Source: Oscillospiraceae bacterium
GTDB lineage: Bacteria > Bacteroidota > Bacteroidia > Bacteroidales > WCHB1-69
Direction of reading: 5' to 3'
Assembly: GCA_963603365.1 (NCBI GenBank)
Contig: CAVCMI010000037.1
Coordinates: forward strand, 3,552 to 67,551
Length of the DNA: 64,000 bases
Below are positions 26,839-35,032 of this stretch, piece by piece; position 1 is the first letter of the stretch; each line of letters begins with the position of its first letter. Both the position numbers and the translations under genes were made by a program. The notes beneath the pieces were generated by a model that made no database searches, was not told the DNA's origin, and saw nothing but the letters and a program-made list of their open reading frames with translations.

Positions 26839-29136
26839 TTATAGGATTGATAAATTGTAATATGTCAAGGTTTCGTCAAGTTCTTCGAGGGCGGCGTTCG
26901 CATTTTCCGACAGCAAGGCGAAGTCACTGACGCGCTTGAGTTCGCCCATTAGCATTTTGCGCTCCATAGCGTATGATTCTGCCGTCGGGTCAATGACAGG
27001 CACTACAATCAGGTCGTGGATGACAGCATGGTATTTGCCATTGCAGGTGCGCAGAATGCGGCCCCTGCGTTGGATGAACTGCCTGGGGTTGCCTGTGCTG
27101 GCACAGAATATGGCCATTTCGCTGCGGGGCACATCGACGCCTTCGTCCAGACATTTCATCGAGGTGAGCACTTCGATGTCGCCGCTCGCGAATCCGGACA
27201 GCAACTGCTTCCGCTCTCTGCTGTCGGCGGTGAATTTGCGCACAGTAGTGGTTTTGCTGACCTCTTGCACTATTTTGGTGTATCGGTCGATGAGCCGCTC
27301 GGTCTCCTCGTCCGGGTCAAGGGTCTCTTTAGTGTCGTAGAGGTCGGCCTCATAGTCGGGACGGTTGCCCTCGGGCACATAGACGAGCGTGTATTTCAGA
27401 TTTCCCTTTTCACGGTATCGCTCCTCAAGGATGCTCCGGAATATTTCCGTTTTGTTGGCGGCTTTCTGTATGATGCGCTTGCGCTTGATGAGCTGCATCT
27501 TTACTATCTCATTTTTTTCAGGGAACGGGGACTTGCCGTCCTCATTGATGAAGAACCCTTTCAGTTTGTCGCTTATTTCGATGTATTCTGTCATCTCGGC
27601 TTCGTTAAGGTAAACCAAGTGAGGATAGTAGTAATAACGGCACAGAAAACCGTTGTCGATGGCATCTTTCATGCTGTATTCAAAGGTGTAATGCTCTTCG
27701 ATGCCGAAAAAGTCGTTCAGTATGTTGTTTCCGGTTTCGTCAAATGGCCGGTCTGGAGTGGCAGAGAGTCCTATTCGCCGTTTGAAACGGATGTACCCCA
27801 AGAGGTCGAGAATCCTGCTGGCGCCCATATTGTGCGCTTCGTCTGCAATGAGAAGGGATTTCTTGCCCAATTGGTTCAGCGTTGCGAATACATTTTGGCG
27901 GGCAAAGGAGGCGTATGTCGAAATGATGATGAACGATTGCGGCGTCTCAGAAATGCCGAGTCTCTCTTTAATGAGGATGTTGTCAATTTCCTGCTCCCAA
28001 GTCCGGTTTTGTGAATAGATGTTGCAGATGTGCCCGAAATTGAATTTCTTGCACTCTTCGTCCCATTGCTCCACAAGGGTCTGGGTGGGCACCAATATTA
28101 GGGCGCGGTAGTAGCCGCATTGTTTGTATATCTCCAACAGGCAGTTGAGGGCGGTCAAGGTTTTGCCCGTGCCGGTAGCCATGGCAAAAAGCCCATTCTG
28201 TTTGTTTTTCCAGTTGTCGAAAGCTTGTCTCTGGTAGCCTCTCGGTCCGGAAGGGTACGGGAATTGCGGCTCGTGCAATGGCGCCGCGGATGCGTCTTCT
28301 GGCTCCCGGGTCCTGTCGATGGCGGCTTCCACTTTTTCACGGGCTCTGACAAGACACCTTTTCACCGTCGCCGACATTGCGGTTGACGTGTGGCTCGAAA
28401 CCAGTTCCTGCTCCTCTTTGAGCAGTTCGTGGACGTTTTTCTGTCCGAAGGCGTCCGTGATACGGGTTCTGATGTCTTGCGGGGCAATGTAGGCGACGTT
28501 CCCGTCTCTCTGTTCAAAGGTGCGGTTGAAGTCCTCTGCGATATCTTTGATTTTGTAGATGTCGTTGCCGCCGTCCCAGTCGCAGAATGCGGTGATGCTT
28601 TCGATGTTGTCGAGGAGCGCAGTTCGCGAAAAGTTGCATGACCCGTCAAAGGCCACCCGGTTTATGCCGTCGCTGAAGAGCCCGCACTTGGTGTGGGCGA
28701 TGCCGTGGCTGCCGACGGGAGCGATGACCTTTATGGCGATGCGGTCGTGGCGTATCAGAAAGGCAAGGCAGTTGAAGAAATGCCGGTCGCGGGCGGAAAG
28801 AGTGTTCTTTAACGATTCTATGTCGTTGAGGTTGAAGGCGGGCAGCGGGTTGCCGGACAGCCCCTCGTTGATCGACTGCTTGTCCTGCTCTGACAGGATG
28901 TCGTTGATGATCAAGCGCATTCTTCCGCCGTTGTAGATGAAGCACGCAAACCCGTCGCAAAGCACGTTGATGGCAGAAGATGAGAAGAATCCCAGTTTCA
29001 GGTCGAATGTGGTGGCATTGCAGAGGCCTTCGGAGAAAAAACCGATCGGTTCCCACTCGCTCTGCGACTGGAAGCGTCTGCTTTTGGGCCATATCACGTT
29101 TGTCTTCAGCATTTTTATATGAAACAGTTTGAACAT
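26839..29136 (-). CDS. PLD-family nuclease domain fused to an SF2 (DEAH, ResIII-type) helicase; putative restriction effector
   Basis: The HKD motif is HTKCGLFSDGINRVAFDGSCNFS. Helicase motif I is AMATGTGKT, II is LLIADEAHNMG, III is GLSATP and VI is QFIQRRGRILR. The alternative ATG at 29112 removes the 22-nt overlap with the upstream gene. Confidence 0.9.
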   Translation of the reverse strand: MFKLFHIKMLKTNVIWPKSRRFQSQSEWEPIGFFSEGLCNATTFDLKLGFFSSSAINVLCDGFACFIYNGGRMRLIINDILSEQDKQSINEGLSGNPLPAFNLNDIESLKNTLSARDRHFFNCLAFLIRHDRIAIKVIAPVGSHGIAHTKCGLFSDGINRVAFDGSCNFSRTALLDNIESITAFCDWDGGNDIYKIKDIAEDFNRTFEQRDGNVAYIAPQDIRTRITDAFGQKNVHELLKEEQELVSSHTSTAMSATVKRCLVRAREKVEAAIDRTREPEDASAAPLHEPQFPYPSGPRGYQRQAFDNWKNKQNGLFAMATGTGKTLTALNCLLEIYKQCGYYRALILVPTQTLVEQWDEECKKFNFGHICNIYSQNRTWEQEIDNILIKERLGISETPQSFIIISTYASFARQNVFATLNQLGKKSLLIADEAHNMGASRILDLLGYIRFKRRIGLSATPDRPFDETGNNILNDFFGIEEHYTFEYSMKDAIDNGFLCRYYYYPHLVYLNEAEMTEYIEISDKLKGFFINEDGKSPFPEKNEIVKMQLIKRKRIIQKAANKTEIFRSILEERYREKGNLKYTLVYVPEGNRPDYEADLYDTKETLDPDEETERLIDRYTKIVQEVSKTTTVRKFTADSRERKQLLSGFASGDIEVLTSMKCLDEGVDVPRSEMAIFCASTGNPRQFIQRRGRILRTCNGKYHAVIHDLIVVPVIDPTAESYAMERKMLMGELKRVSDFALLSENANAALEELDETLTYYNLSIL

Positions 29137-30215
29137 AGGATGTCGTCGCCGAAAAGGTCGGCGAGGGTGGTTCCTTTTTGTTTGGCTTTGTTCTCTTCCT
29201 GCCGTTTGATGACATCCAGTTTTATTTTGCGTACCCGTTCCGGCTTTATCAGGTCGGCAAGGCTCTCGCCCTGGTTCCAGGTGTAGCCGTCTTTTTCAAA
29301 GGCCATAGCCTTTTTGTAAAGGTCAGGGTGCTGTTCGTAAAGCCAAATCCATTCTATTTTTTGCTGGAAGAAGCAGAAATAGCAGCCGGAGCGGCTGCGG
29401 CAGTAGGTGCCCCTTTTGCCGTCCACCTCAAATGGAATCTCTTCGTAATAGGCGGGGACGCCGACACCGCTTTCCCGTAGCAGTCTGAATATGTCTTCTT
29501 TTACCAGCACGTCATCGTTGTCCACCAATGCAAAAGTGTCGAGTTTGCCTATAGGGTAGTCGGTTGTTTTCAGAAACTCAAACACGAGTCGGTTGAATGC
29601 TTTAATGTCGATGTCAAGCAACGCGTTCAGTTTTTTGGAATAATAGAACTGTTTGGAGAGCGGACGTTTCAGCATTTTCAGCATCTCCTCCTGCTTGCTG
29701 CCGGAGCAGAGCCTCGTGCAGAGGTCTATCATCTGTTCTTGCCGGTTGTTGTGCAGCACTTTGTTTATTACATCGAGACTCCAGATGTTGCGCCTGAACG
29801 GGAATACGGCCTGTATGTTCGGTTTGGAGGAGATGTACCCGTCTCGCTCTTCGTCGCCCCGGATGCCCACGTATGACACGGCATAGTCGTTACCTACATA
29901 TCGTTCAAACTCGGCGAGTTTCATTTTTTTTGTGCACCAGCGCGACTGCGGGGAGGGCAAGTATCCGCCTGCCGCTTTCAGGAAATGCTCGAACGGCGTG
30001 GCCTCTGGACTGCCTTCTGCCGCCCTCAGGCGCTTGATGGTGCCAAGATAGGCGGCAAGCCGGTCAATGAGCAGTTCGGTCTCCGCCAACTCGCAGCCCG
30101 TGTCTGAATTGTAGTACTCAATCTTGAGTTGCGGGTATTTCTGTTTCAGGTAGATGGCCAGCGCAGCGCTGTCTTTGCCGCCGGAAATGCCTAAGATATG
30201 TCTGACTGCGCTCAT
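29115..30215 (-). CDS. PAPS-reductase-family PP-loop ATP pyrophosphatase (SspD/DndC-like)
   Basis: The PP-loop is LGISGGKDSAALAIYL. A C-terminal Cys cluster is YCRSRSGCYFCFFQ. An ATGA overlap links it to the upstream ATPase gene. Confidence 0.9.
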   Translation of the reverse strand: MSAVRHILGISGGKDSAALAIYLKQKYPQLKIEYYNSDTGCELAETELLIDRLAAYLGTIKRLRAAEGSPEATPFEHFLKAAGGYLPSPQSRWCTKKMKLAEFERYVGNDYAVSYVGIRGDEERDGYISSKPNIQAVFPFRRNIWSLDVINKVLHNNRQEQMIDLCTRLCSGSKQEEMLKMLKRPLSKQFYYSKKLNALLDIDIKAFNRLVFEFLKTTDYPIGKLDTFALVDNDDVLVKEDIFRLLRESGVGVPAYYEEIPFEVDGKRGTYCRSRSGCYFCFFQQKIEWIWLYEQHPDLYKKAMAFEKDGYTWNQGESLADLIKPERVRKIKLDVIKRQEENKAKQKGTTLADLFGDDILCSNCFI

Positions 30216-33200
30216 TGCATTTTCTTCTTTAATAGGTTCATAAGGGTGTAGATGTCGAGGTTGGCATTGCCTGTCAGGACGGCGTCTATTTGATGTTCAA
30301 GTGTTTCTGATTTCTTCTTGTCGTTTTCTGTGATTCGGTAGTCCATGGCTTCCGACAATACGCAACATTTTTCGCACTCTTTGAAAAGGAAAACGATGTT
30401 GTCAGCCAGTTGCTCTTCCTGCTCATCACGCAGCCGTTCCAGGGGCTGGTCGAGGGCCGCATAGCTGATGCTCTGGAACCATTCTGTCCGGTCGTCGAAG
30501 GTTGTCATGGCATGGCGGTAAAAGTCGAGCTGCTTGTCTGAAAGCAGTTGCTCTTTGATGTGGGAGAGGCGTTCCCTGATTTCCACGATGTATTCGGCAT
30601 AATGCTGCGATTGGAGGCCGAGACGGTCCACGAGTTGCCGTTCCAGCCGGTTGATGAGTTCGGCATAGCAAGAGCGCAGTTCCCGCACGGCTTGCTGTAT
30701 GAGGGCGCAATAGCCGGCCACAAACGTTTCGTCGTTCAGGGTCTCTTTCCGGTATCCGAGCGCTTGCGGCAGGTCTTCAAAGAAAGTCTTTTCCGGATCC
30801 TTGGCATCGGCAAGCACGTCCCTGAAGCGCAGGGTTGTGCTGTGGTCAAATTTGCGCGTATGCCGGGCATAGTCGTTCAGGCGGCTGTAAAAGAAAAAGA
30901 ACGGCCGGATAGTTTCAATGAATTTGTCTCCCTTGATTCCGCTCTCCGTACCGGCATGGATGAATTTGCGGTATTGGTTGAAGAAGGCCGTCTTTATGCC
31001 GTCTTCGGAATAGGCTTTAATGCTGAATGAGTCGGGATGTTTCTTCAGCAGGTCGAAGAATTCCATGTTGATGTTGGGGATGTAAGCCCCATTGCCCCCG
31101 AAAAGGCTGTAGTCCAGTCTTTTTATGAACAGGTAGGTGGGGATCCAGAAATCAAGCACGCCGGCTTTGAGTTTGAAAGGCCGGGCGGAAAGGATGGCGA
31201 TGAGTTCAGAGATTTTCCGCCTCCGTTCACAAGTGCTGCGCAGGAAATCCTCGCTGGCTTTCCACAAGGTCATGATTTCACCGTTGCATGGTGCATCGGC
31301 GAAAGTGCCGTTTACATGTATGCCGGTTGTTTTCAGCAGGGTGCAATAGATGGTTTTCTCCGGCGGATACTTGTCTTTCTCAAAGCCGAGGTCTTCAACT
31401 TCGCTCCGTTCAACCAGGGCCTGAAGGTATTTTGACTTTGCCGCCGAGATGCTGCTGCTCAGTTTGTGGCGGTTGATGAGCTCGTTGTTGATGACAGGGG
31501 TGTCCGGATAAACATCGTCACAGATTTCAGACAGCAGCGCGTTGAAACCGCGAAGGCTTCTGATGCTCTTTTCTTCCCCTTTGTAAAACCAGACAACATC
31601 TCCGCTGTAGTTGAAAAGGTTCTCTTTTACAAGTTTGTTGAGAAGTGTCTGTTCGTATGACTTGAGCCTTTCCACCTCCTGAATGGCTACACGGTCTGAC
31701 TTGTCTATGAGTACTTTGTTGAGGATATAGTCATAGATGCTGATTCTGTGGAGATGCCGGATGATGTTGTCGGCATGGATGAAAACGGCAAACAGTACCG
31801 CATGGGTGCAGCCGGCGCTGAAATGCTTGACACATTCCGGCATTGTTGCGCTGTTCTGCGAGAACACGAGTTCTATGAATCCGTCTATGTCTCCCGACGG
31901 GGACATGTCGAGAGGCGTGTCCAGAAGGATATACTCGAAAAAGCGAGGTGTGCCCCGGTGGTAATAGCAGGCTTTTGCCGGGGCTACCATGCCGTTGAAG
32001 TTGGCGCGAAGCTCGTCCACGGGATTTGCCGGAGCCGGCACGGCGGCGGCAGCCTTGGCTATCTCCTCGTCAATGTTGAAGTCAGTGCCCTCAAAAAGGA
32101 TGTGGCGGCCTTTGTACTCTGCATAGCGGATAATTTTCAGCTGTTTCAGTCTGTCGATGACGGTTTCTGCCGCTCTGCAGTCCATAGCCCTTGACGAATA
32201 TCCGGAAAGTTGGGCGCACGACATCTTGAAGCCGGCATTGCCGAACAGGTTGAGCAAGCCGACGGCCTTGACAATCTTCAGGGCCTCTTGCAGGATGTTC
32301 TCATCTTGCCAGTCTGCCGTTTCAATGCGCTCTATGGCCGAGCGGATGGCTCTCCATCCGGTCGAGTCGGCATGGGGTTCGTTGAGGTATGCGTGGAAAG
32401 TGTTGACAAGGTAATCGTAAACGTCAGAGAGACTGTATGTTTTGTTTTCGGAACTGTGGAAGCGCCTGATCGAATGTTCCCCATCGGCGGCGAGGAAAGA
32501 GAAGAGAGAGCGCTCGTTCTGCCCATACCGCTGTATGGCTTTCGTGAGAACGGCGGCTGAAAAGGCATCAAGCGGCCAGAGACGGCAAACGGTTTCTGAA
32601 GTGAGCGACGGCGAGATGAACCTGCTCTCTTGGGCAATCTTGAAGATTTCGCCGGAACAGCCTTTTGCGCTGTGCCCGTTCCGCTCGGCAGCCAGAAAAA
32701 GCAGTTGCTCTACGGGCTCTGAAAAAACCACTTCATGGAACCGGCCTTTCACCTTTGTCCATTCGTTTTTCTGTGACAAGGAGAGCCGAGAGGCGTAAGC
32801 GCTGAAGTTCTGGTGAAGCGTGGTGAGCAGCAGGATATCGCGTCGGGGCACGTTGGCAAATTCGGCCAGCTGCTGCAGGAAATAGAGTTCCTCTTCGGGG
32901 TTGTTGGCGGCAGCATGCTCTAACGTCTTCCCGAACTCATCAATGACGAGGACGAACATTTTGCCTTGGCTTTTGAGCTGGTCGTAGCGCAGCTTCAGTG
33001 TCGTCATCACCGAGTCTCCGGTGCATCCCAGCCTGTCGGCCAGGAGGCTTTTCAGCGGTTTGTATTGTCCTACGATGTTGAGGATGTCGAAGCCCGAAGC
33101 CCATGTCAGCGACTTTGGGTCTTTGAGCAGAAGCCGGCGCTTCGTCAGTCCGAGCAGGTCGTTCTCCAGATTGACGAGGAAACAGGATTTCCCGGTGCCG

Positions 33201-33349
33201 TAGGTCCCGATGATAGTGAATGAATGAATGCCAATATGGTATTGGTTCACAATTTCCGCCAAGGCTTCCTGTACGTTCGGGGTGACAATGTAGGTGTCGT
33301 TGCCGGAGACCCCGGTTTCAATGTTTGCTGAAAGGTTAAATTGTCTCAT
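30212..33349 (-). CDS. Large P-loop NTPase, 1045 aa (SspC-like)
   Basis: Walker A is IIGTYGTGKSCF and Walker B is VLVIDEFGKTLE. A helical C-terminal region of about 750 aa follows. ATGA overlaps occur on both sides. Confidence 0.85.
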   Translation of the reverse strand: MRQFNLSANIETGVSGNDTYIVTPNVQEALAEIVNQYHIGIHSFTIIGTYGTGKSCFLVNLENDLLGLTKRRLLLKDPKSLTWASGFDILNIVGQYKPLKSLLADRLGCTGDSVMTTLKLRYDQLKSQGKMFVLVIDEFGKTLEHAAANNPEEELYFLQQLAEFANVPRRDILLLTTLHQNFSAYASRLSLSQKNEWTKVKGRFHEVVFSEPVEQLLFLAAERNGHSAKGCSGEIFKIAQESRFISPSLTSETVCRLWPLDAFSAAVLTKAIQRYGQNERSLFSFLAADGEHSIRRFHSSENKTYSLSDVYDYLVNTFHAYLNEPHADSTGWRAIRSAIERIETADWQDENILQEALKIVKAVGLLNLFGNAGFKMSCAQLSGYSSRAMDCRAAETVIDRLKQLKIIRYAEYKGRHILFEGTDFNIDEEIAKAAAAVPAPANPVDELRANFNGMVAPAKACYYHRGTPRFFEYILLDTPLDMSPSGDIDGFIELVFSQNSATMPECVKHFSAGCTHAVLFAVFIHADNIIRHLHRISIYDYILNKVLIDKSDRVAIQEVERLKSYEQTLLNKLVKENLFNYSGDVVWFYKGEEKSIRSLRGFNALLSEICDDVYPDTPVINNELINRHKLSSSISAAKSKYLQALVERSEVEDLGFEKDKYPPEKTIYCTLLKTTGIHVNGTFADAPCNGEIMTLWKASEDFLRSTCERRRKISELIAILSARPFKLKAGVLDFWIPTYLFIKRLDYSLFGGNGAYIPNINMEFFDLLKKHPDSFSIKAYSEDGIKTAFFNQYRKFIHAGTESGIKGDKFIETIRPFFFFYSRLNDYARHTRKFDHSTTLRFRDVLADAKDPEKTFFEDLPQALGYRKETLNDETFVAGYCALIQQAVRELRSCYAELINRLERQLVDRLGLQSQHYAEYIVEIRERLSHIKEQLLSDKQLDFYRHAMTTFDDRTEWFQSISYAALDQPLERLRDEQEEQLADNIVFLFKECEKCCVLSEAMDYRITENDKKKSETLEHQIDAVLTGNANLDIYTLMNLLKKKMQ

Positions 33350-34200
33350 TGTCTTGAATAGTAGTGGTCGAGTGCCGTGTCGGGGCTGATGATGTTGGTG
33401 AATTGCAGTTGCCTCAGTCCGGCGGTGTCTGAGTACCGGATGTGGTCAGGGTACTGTTCCTGAAGCGCGGCCAGCGCGGCCACGGTTTCCATATCGTTCA
33501 TGCAGAACACGAGCCCGATGTCCTGCAGGGTGTCGTATTCCACGCTGTTGTCGTTGCCTTTCTCTTTGAGGATGGCATAGAGGAGAATGTCCGGCGGTAT
33601 CGGTCTTTTGCCTTCTATGTTGAAGAGGAAAGTCCTGCCGTTGGATGTGCGAATGAGGTCCAGGTCGATGAGCAGGGCTGAATACTCGTCGGTGTTGTTT
33701 GAGTTTTGCGGAAGAACGTAGTTGGAAAGCATGACACGGATGTCCTTTTTGACGGTGTTTTCGTTGAATGATTTCAGTTTGCCGTCTTCGGCCATGGCGC
33801 GTTTTGCCAAAGCGAGCAGATGTTGCCGGTCAAAAGAGAGCCGTTCTTTCTGCAGCCGTGTGAACAGCAGGTGATAGAGGGTCGCCTCCTTGGCAGATAC
33901 CAGCAGATAGTGTAGCAGCCATAGGGTGCCGAGGTCTTCCAGATAGGGGTCGTATCCCGTTTCGGTGTCAAGGAGTTGCCGGGCGATGTTAGTGAGCCGG
34001 TCGTTGCAGGTCATCCCGAAAGCCTTCATCCAGTAGCGGATGGAGGATACCATGTTTTTGCCTACGCCGAGATGCACCACGGCATCTGGGACATTGAAGT
34101 TATATCCGTCTTTGATGAAATCGTAGCCTTTTTTCAGCCATAACGTTTTGCAGGCGAAAGATTCGTGTCCTGAGAAGGTGTATTTTGCGGTCGGTTGCAT
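33346..34200 (-). CDS. DUF4007-like protein (SspB-like)
   Basis: From the ATG at 34200 the protein begins MQPTAKYTFSGHESFACKTLWLKKGYDF, the typical DUF4007 N-terminus, and gives 284 aa. The track ORF extends to a TTG at 34542, with another ATG at 34482. That 114-aa extension is Cys/Arg/Trp-rich and not protein-like. Confidence 0.75.
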   Translation of the reverse strand: MQPTAKYTFSGHESFACKTLWLKKGYDFIKDGYNFNVPDAVVHLGVGKNMVSSIRYWMKAFGMTCNDRLTNIARQLLDTETGYDPYLEDLGTLWLLHYLLVSAKEATLYHLLFTRLQKERLSFDRQHLLALAKRAMAEDGKLKSFNENTVKKDIRVMLSNYVLPQNSNNTDEYSALLIDLDLIRTSNGRTFLFNIEGKRPIPPDILLYAILKEKGNDNSVEYDTLQDIGLVFCMNDMETVAALAALQEQYPDHIRYSDTAGLRQLQFTNIISPDTALDHYYSRQ

Positions 34201-34618
34201 GCCTTGATGCGGTCGTTCGGGTCTGTTCCGGATACACTTCCCTTCTCTCCGGGCGTTCGTCGTTCGTTTTCGCTTGTACAGAATGAAAAAAGCGTGGGAA
34301 ATCTTGCCTGTTGCCCATCTGTCTGCTCGGGGCCTTAGCATTGCCCAAATCGTCAAGACGGACAACGCAAAAGCCCACGCGTGGCATATATCAATCCTGC
34401 GTTCCGGGCAGCCGCAGCACCCGCAGACGGAGGGCAGCGACAAACCGCGGCAGGGAAAGACATACCTACCGTGAACATTCATCGTTGTCTTGTCCTTTGA
34501 CGATTTTTCGACAGTTGCTAAGTTTCGAGCAGCCAAAGACAAGCGTCAGATAAACGCTCAATTCAAAAAGTAGCATCAGCAAGTTTGACCCTCTCGGGCT
34601 TCCGCTTGAAGATGCGCG

Positions 34619-34626
34619 CAAAGATA
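34619..34626 (-). promoter_or_regulatory. Candidate -7 box (reverse complement TATCTTTG) for the defence operon
   Basis: caaagata on the + strand. It is the only exact TAnnTTTG match I found upstream of the operon, and it implies a leader of about 410 nt if the ATG at 34200 is used. Confidence 0.35.
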
Positions 34627-34701
34627 TGTTTTTTTTGAAAGAATGATAATATGACAGAAAAACAATTGGGGCAATCGAAAGAATCTCTGATTAGTTTTTG
34701 T

Positions 34702-34709
34702 TATATTTG
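34702..34709 (+). promoter_or_regulatory. Candidate -7 box TATATTTG directly upstream of an inverted repeat
   Basis: An exact TAnnTTTG match ends 2 nt before the 13/14-nt inverted repeat at 34711-34777. Confidence 0.35.
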
Positions 34710-34710
34710 C

Positions 34711-34777
34711 CGCGCTGGTCTCTTTGGATTATGTCCTGCCTGTCGGCGGCCTTCACAAGGTTCAGAGAACCAGCGCG
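34711..34777 (+). repeat. Imperfect inverted repeat enclosing 40 nt (candidate structured small RNA or protein-binding site)
   Basis: cgcgctggtctct (34711-34723) pairs with agagaaccagcgcg (34764-34777), with one bulged A. An inner hairpin is ggccttcacaaggtt. Confidence 0.6.
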
Positions 34778-34893
34778 AAAAGGTTAAAGACAGAAGTCCA
34801 CATAAAGTTATGAAGCCATGAAATCGGCATGCAATACATTATTTTTGACATCCAACATCCAATGGCTTGGAAAGAATAACCACGCACAGTGAC

Positions 34894-34930
34894 CCCCATA
34901 CGACGGTTCCGTGTTTTCAGTCGTATGGGG
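34894..34930 (+). other. Perfect 11-bp stem hairpin with a 15-nt loop
   Basis: ccccatacgac (34894-34904) pairs with gtcgtatgggg (34920-34930). No U-tract follows on either strand. Confidence 0.5.
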
Positions 34931-35032
34931 ACTACAAATCATCCCAATGTTGCCCAAAGCACGCCTTGCAGAACATTGATCAGGTGCAACGGGATTCTAT
35001 ATTTATTATTTCAAACAAAAAAACAGATTAAA

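Noticed and set aside
29924-29931. A8 homopolymer (T8 on the + strand) inside the PP-loop gene as a possible slipped-strand phase-variation switch.
   Set aside because: The tract is short, and an identical A8 run occurs in an unrelated lipoprotein gene (37111-37118). It needs population sequencing to mean anything.
23852-34200. BREX type 4 (BrxP PAPS reductase plus BrxC ATPase) as an alternative identity for the island.
   Set aside because: There is no PglZ phosphatase or BrxL Lon-like protease. The DUF4007-like gene directly upstream of the ATPase fits the Ssp arrangement better.
34201-34542. N-terminal 114-aa extension of the DUF4007-like ORF (TTG at 34542, or ATG at 34482).
   Set aside because: The extension (…CGCCGCPERRIDICHAW…RKRTTNARREGKCIRNRPERPHQG) is not protein-like. 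The conserved family N-terminus (FSGHESF) begins right after the ATG at 34200. This stays unresolved without homologue alignment.
34711-34777. Whether the inverted-repeat element is the SRP (4.5S) RNA or another known housekeeping RNA.
   Set aside because: The reverse strand has a GNRA-like loop (ccttGTGAagg). However, I could not find the conserved SRP domain IV motifs (GGAA tetraloop context and the AGCA/GGAA symmetric loop). I recognise no match to tmRNA, RNase P or 6S RNA features.
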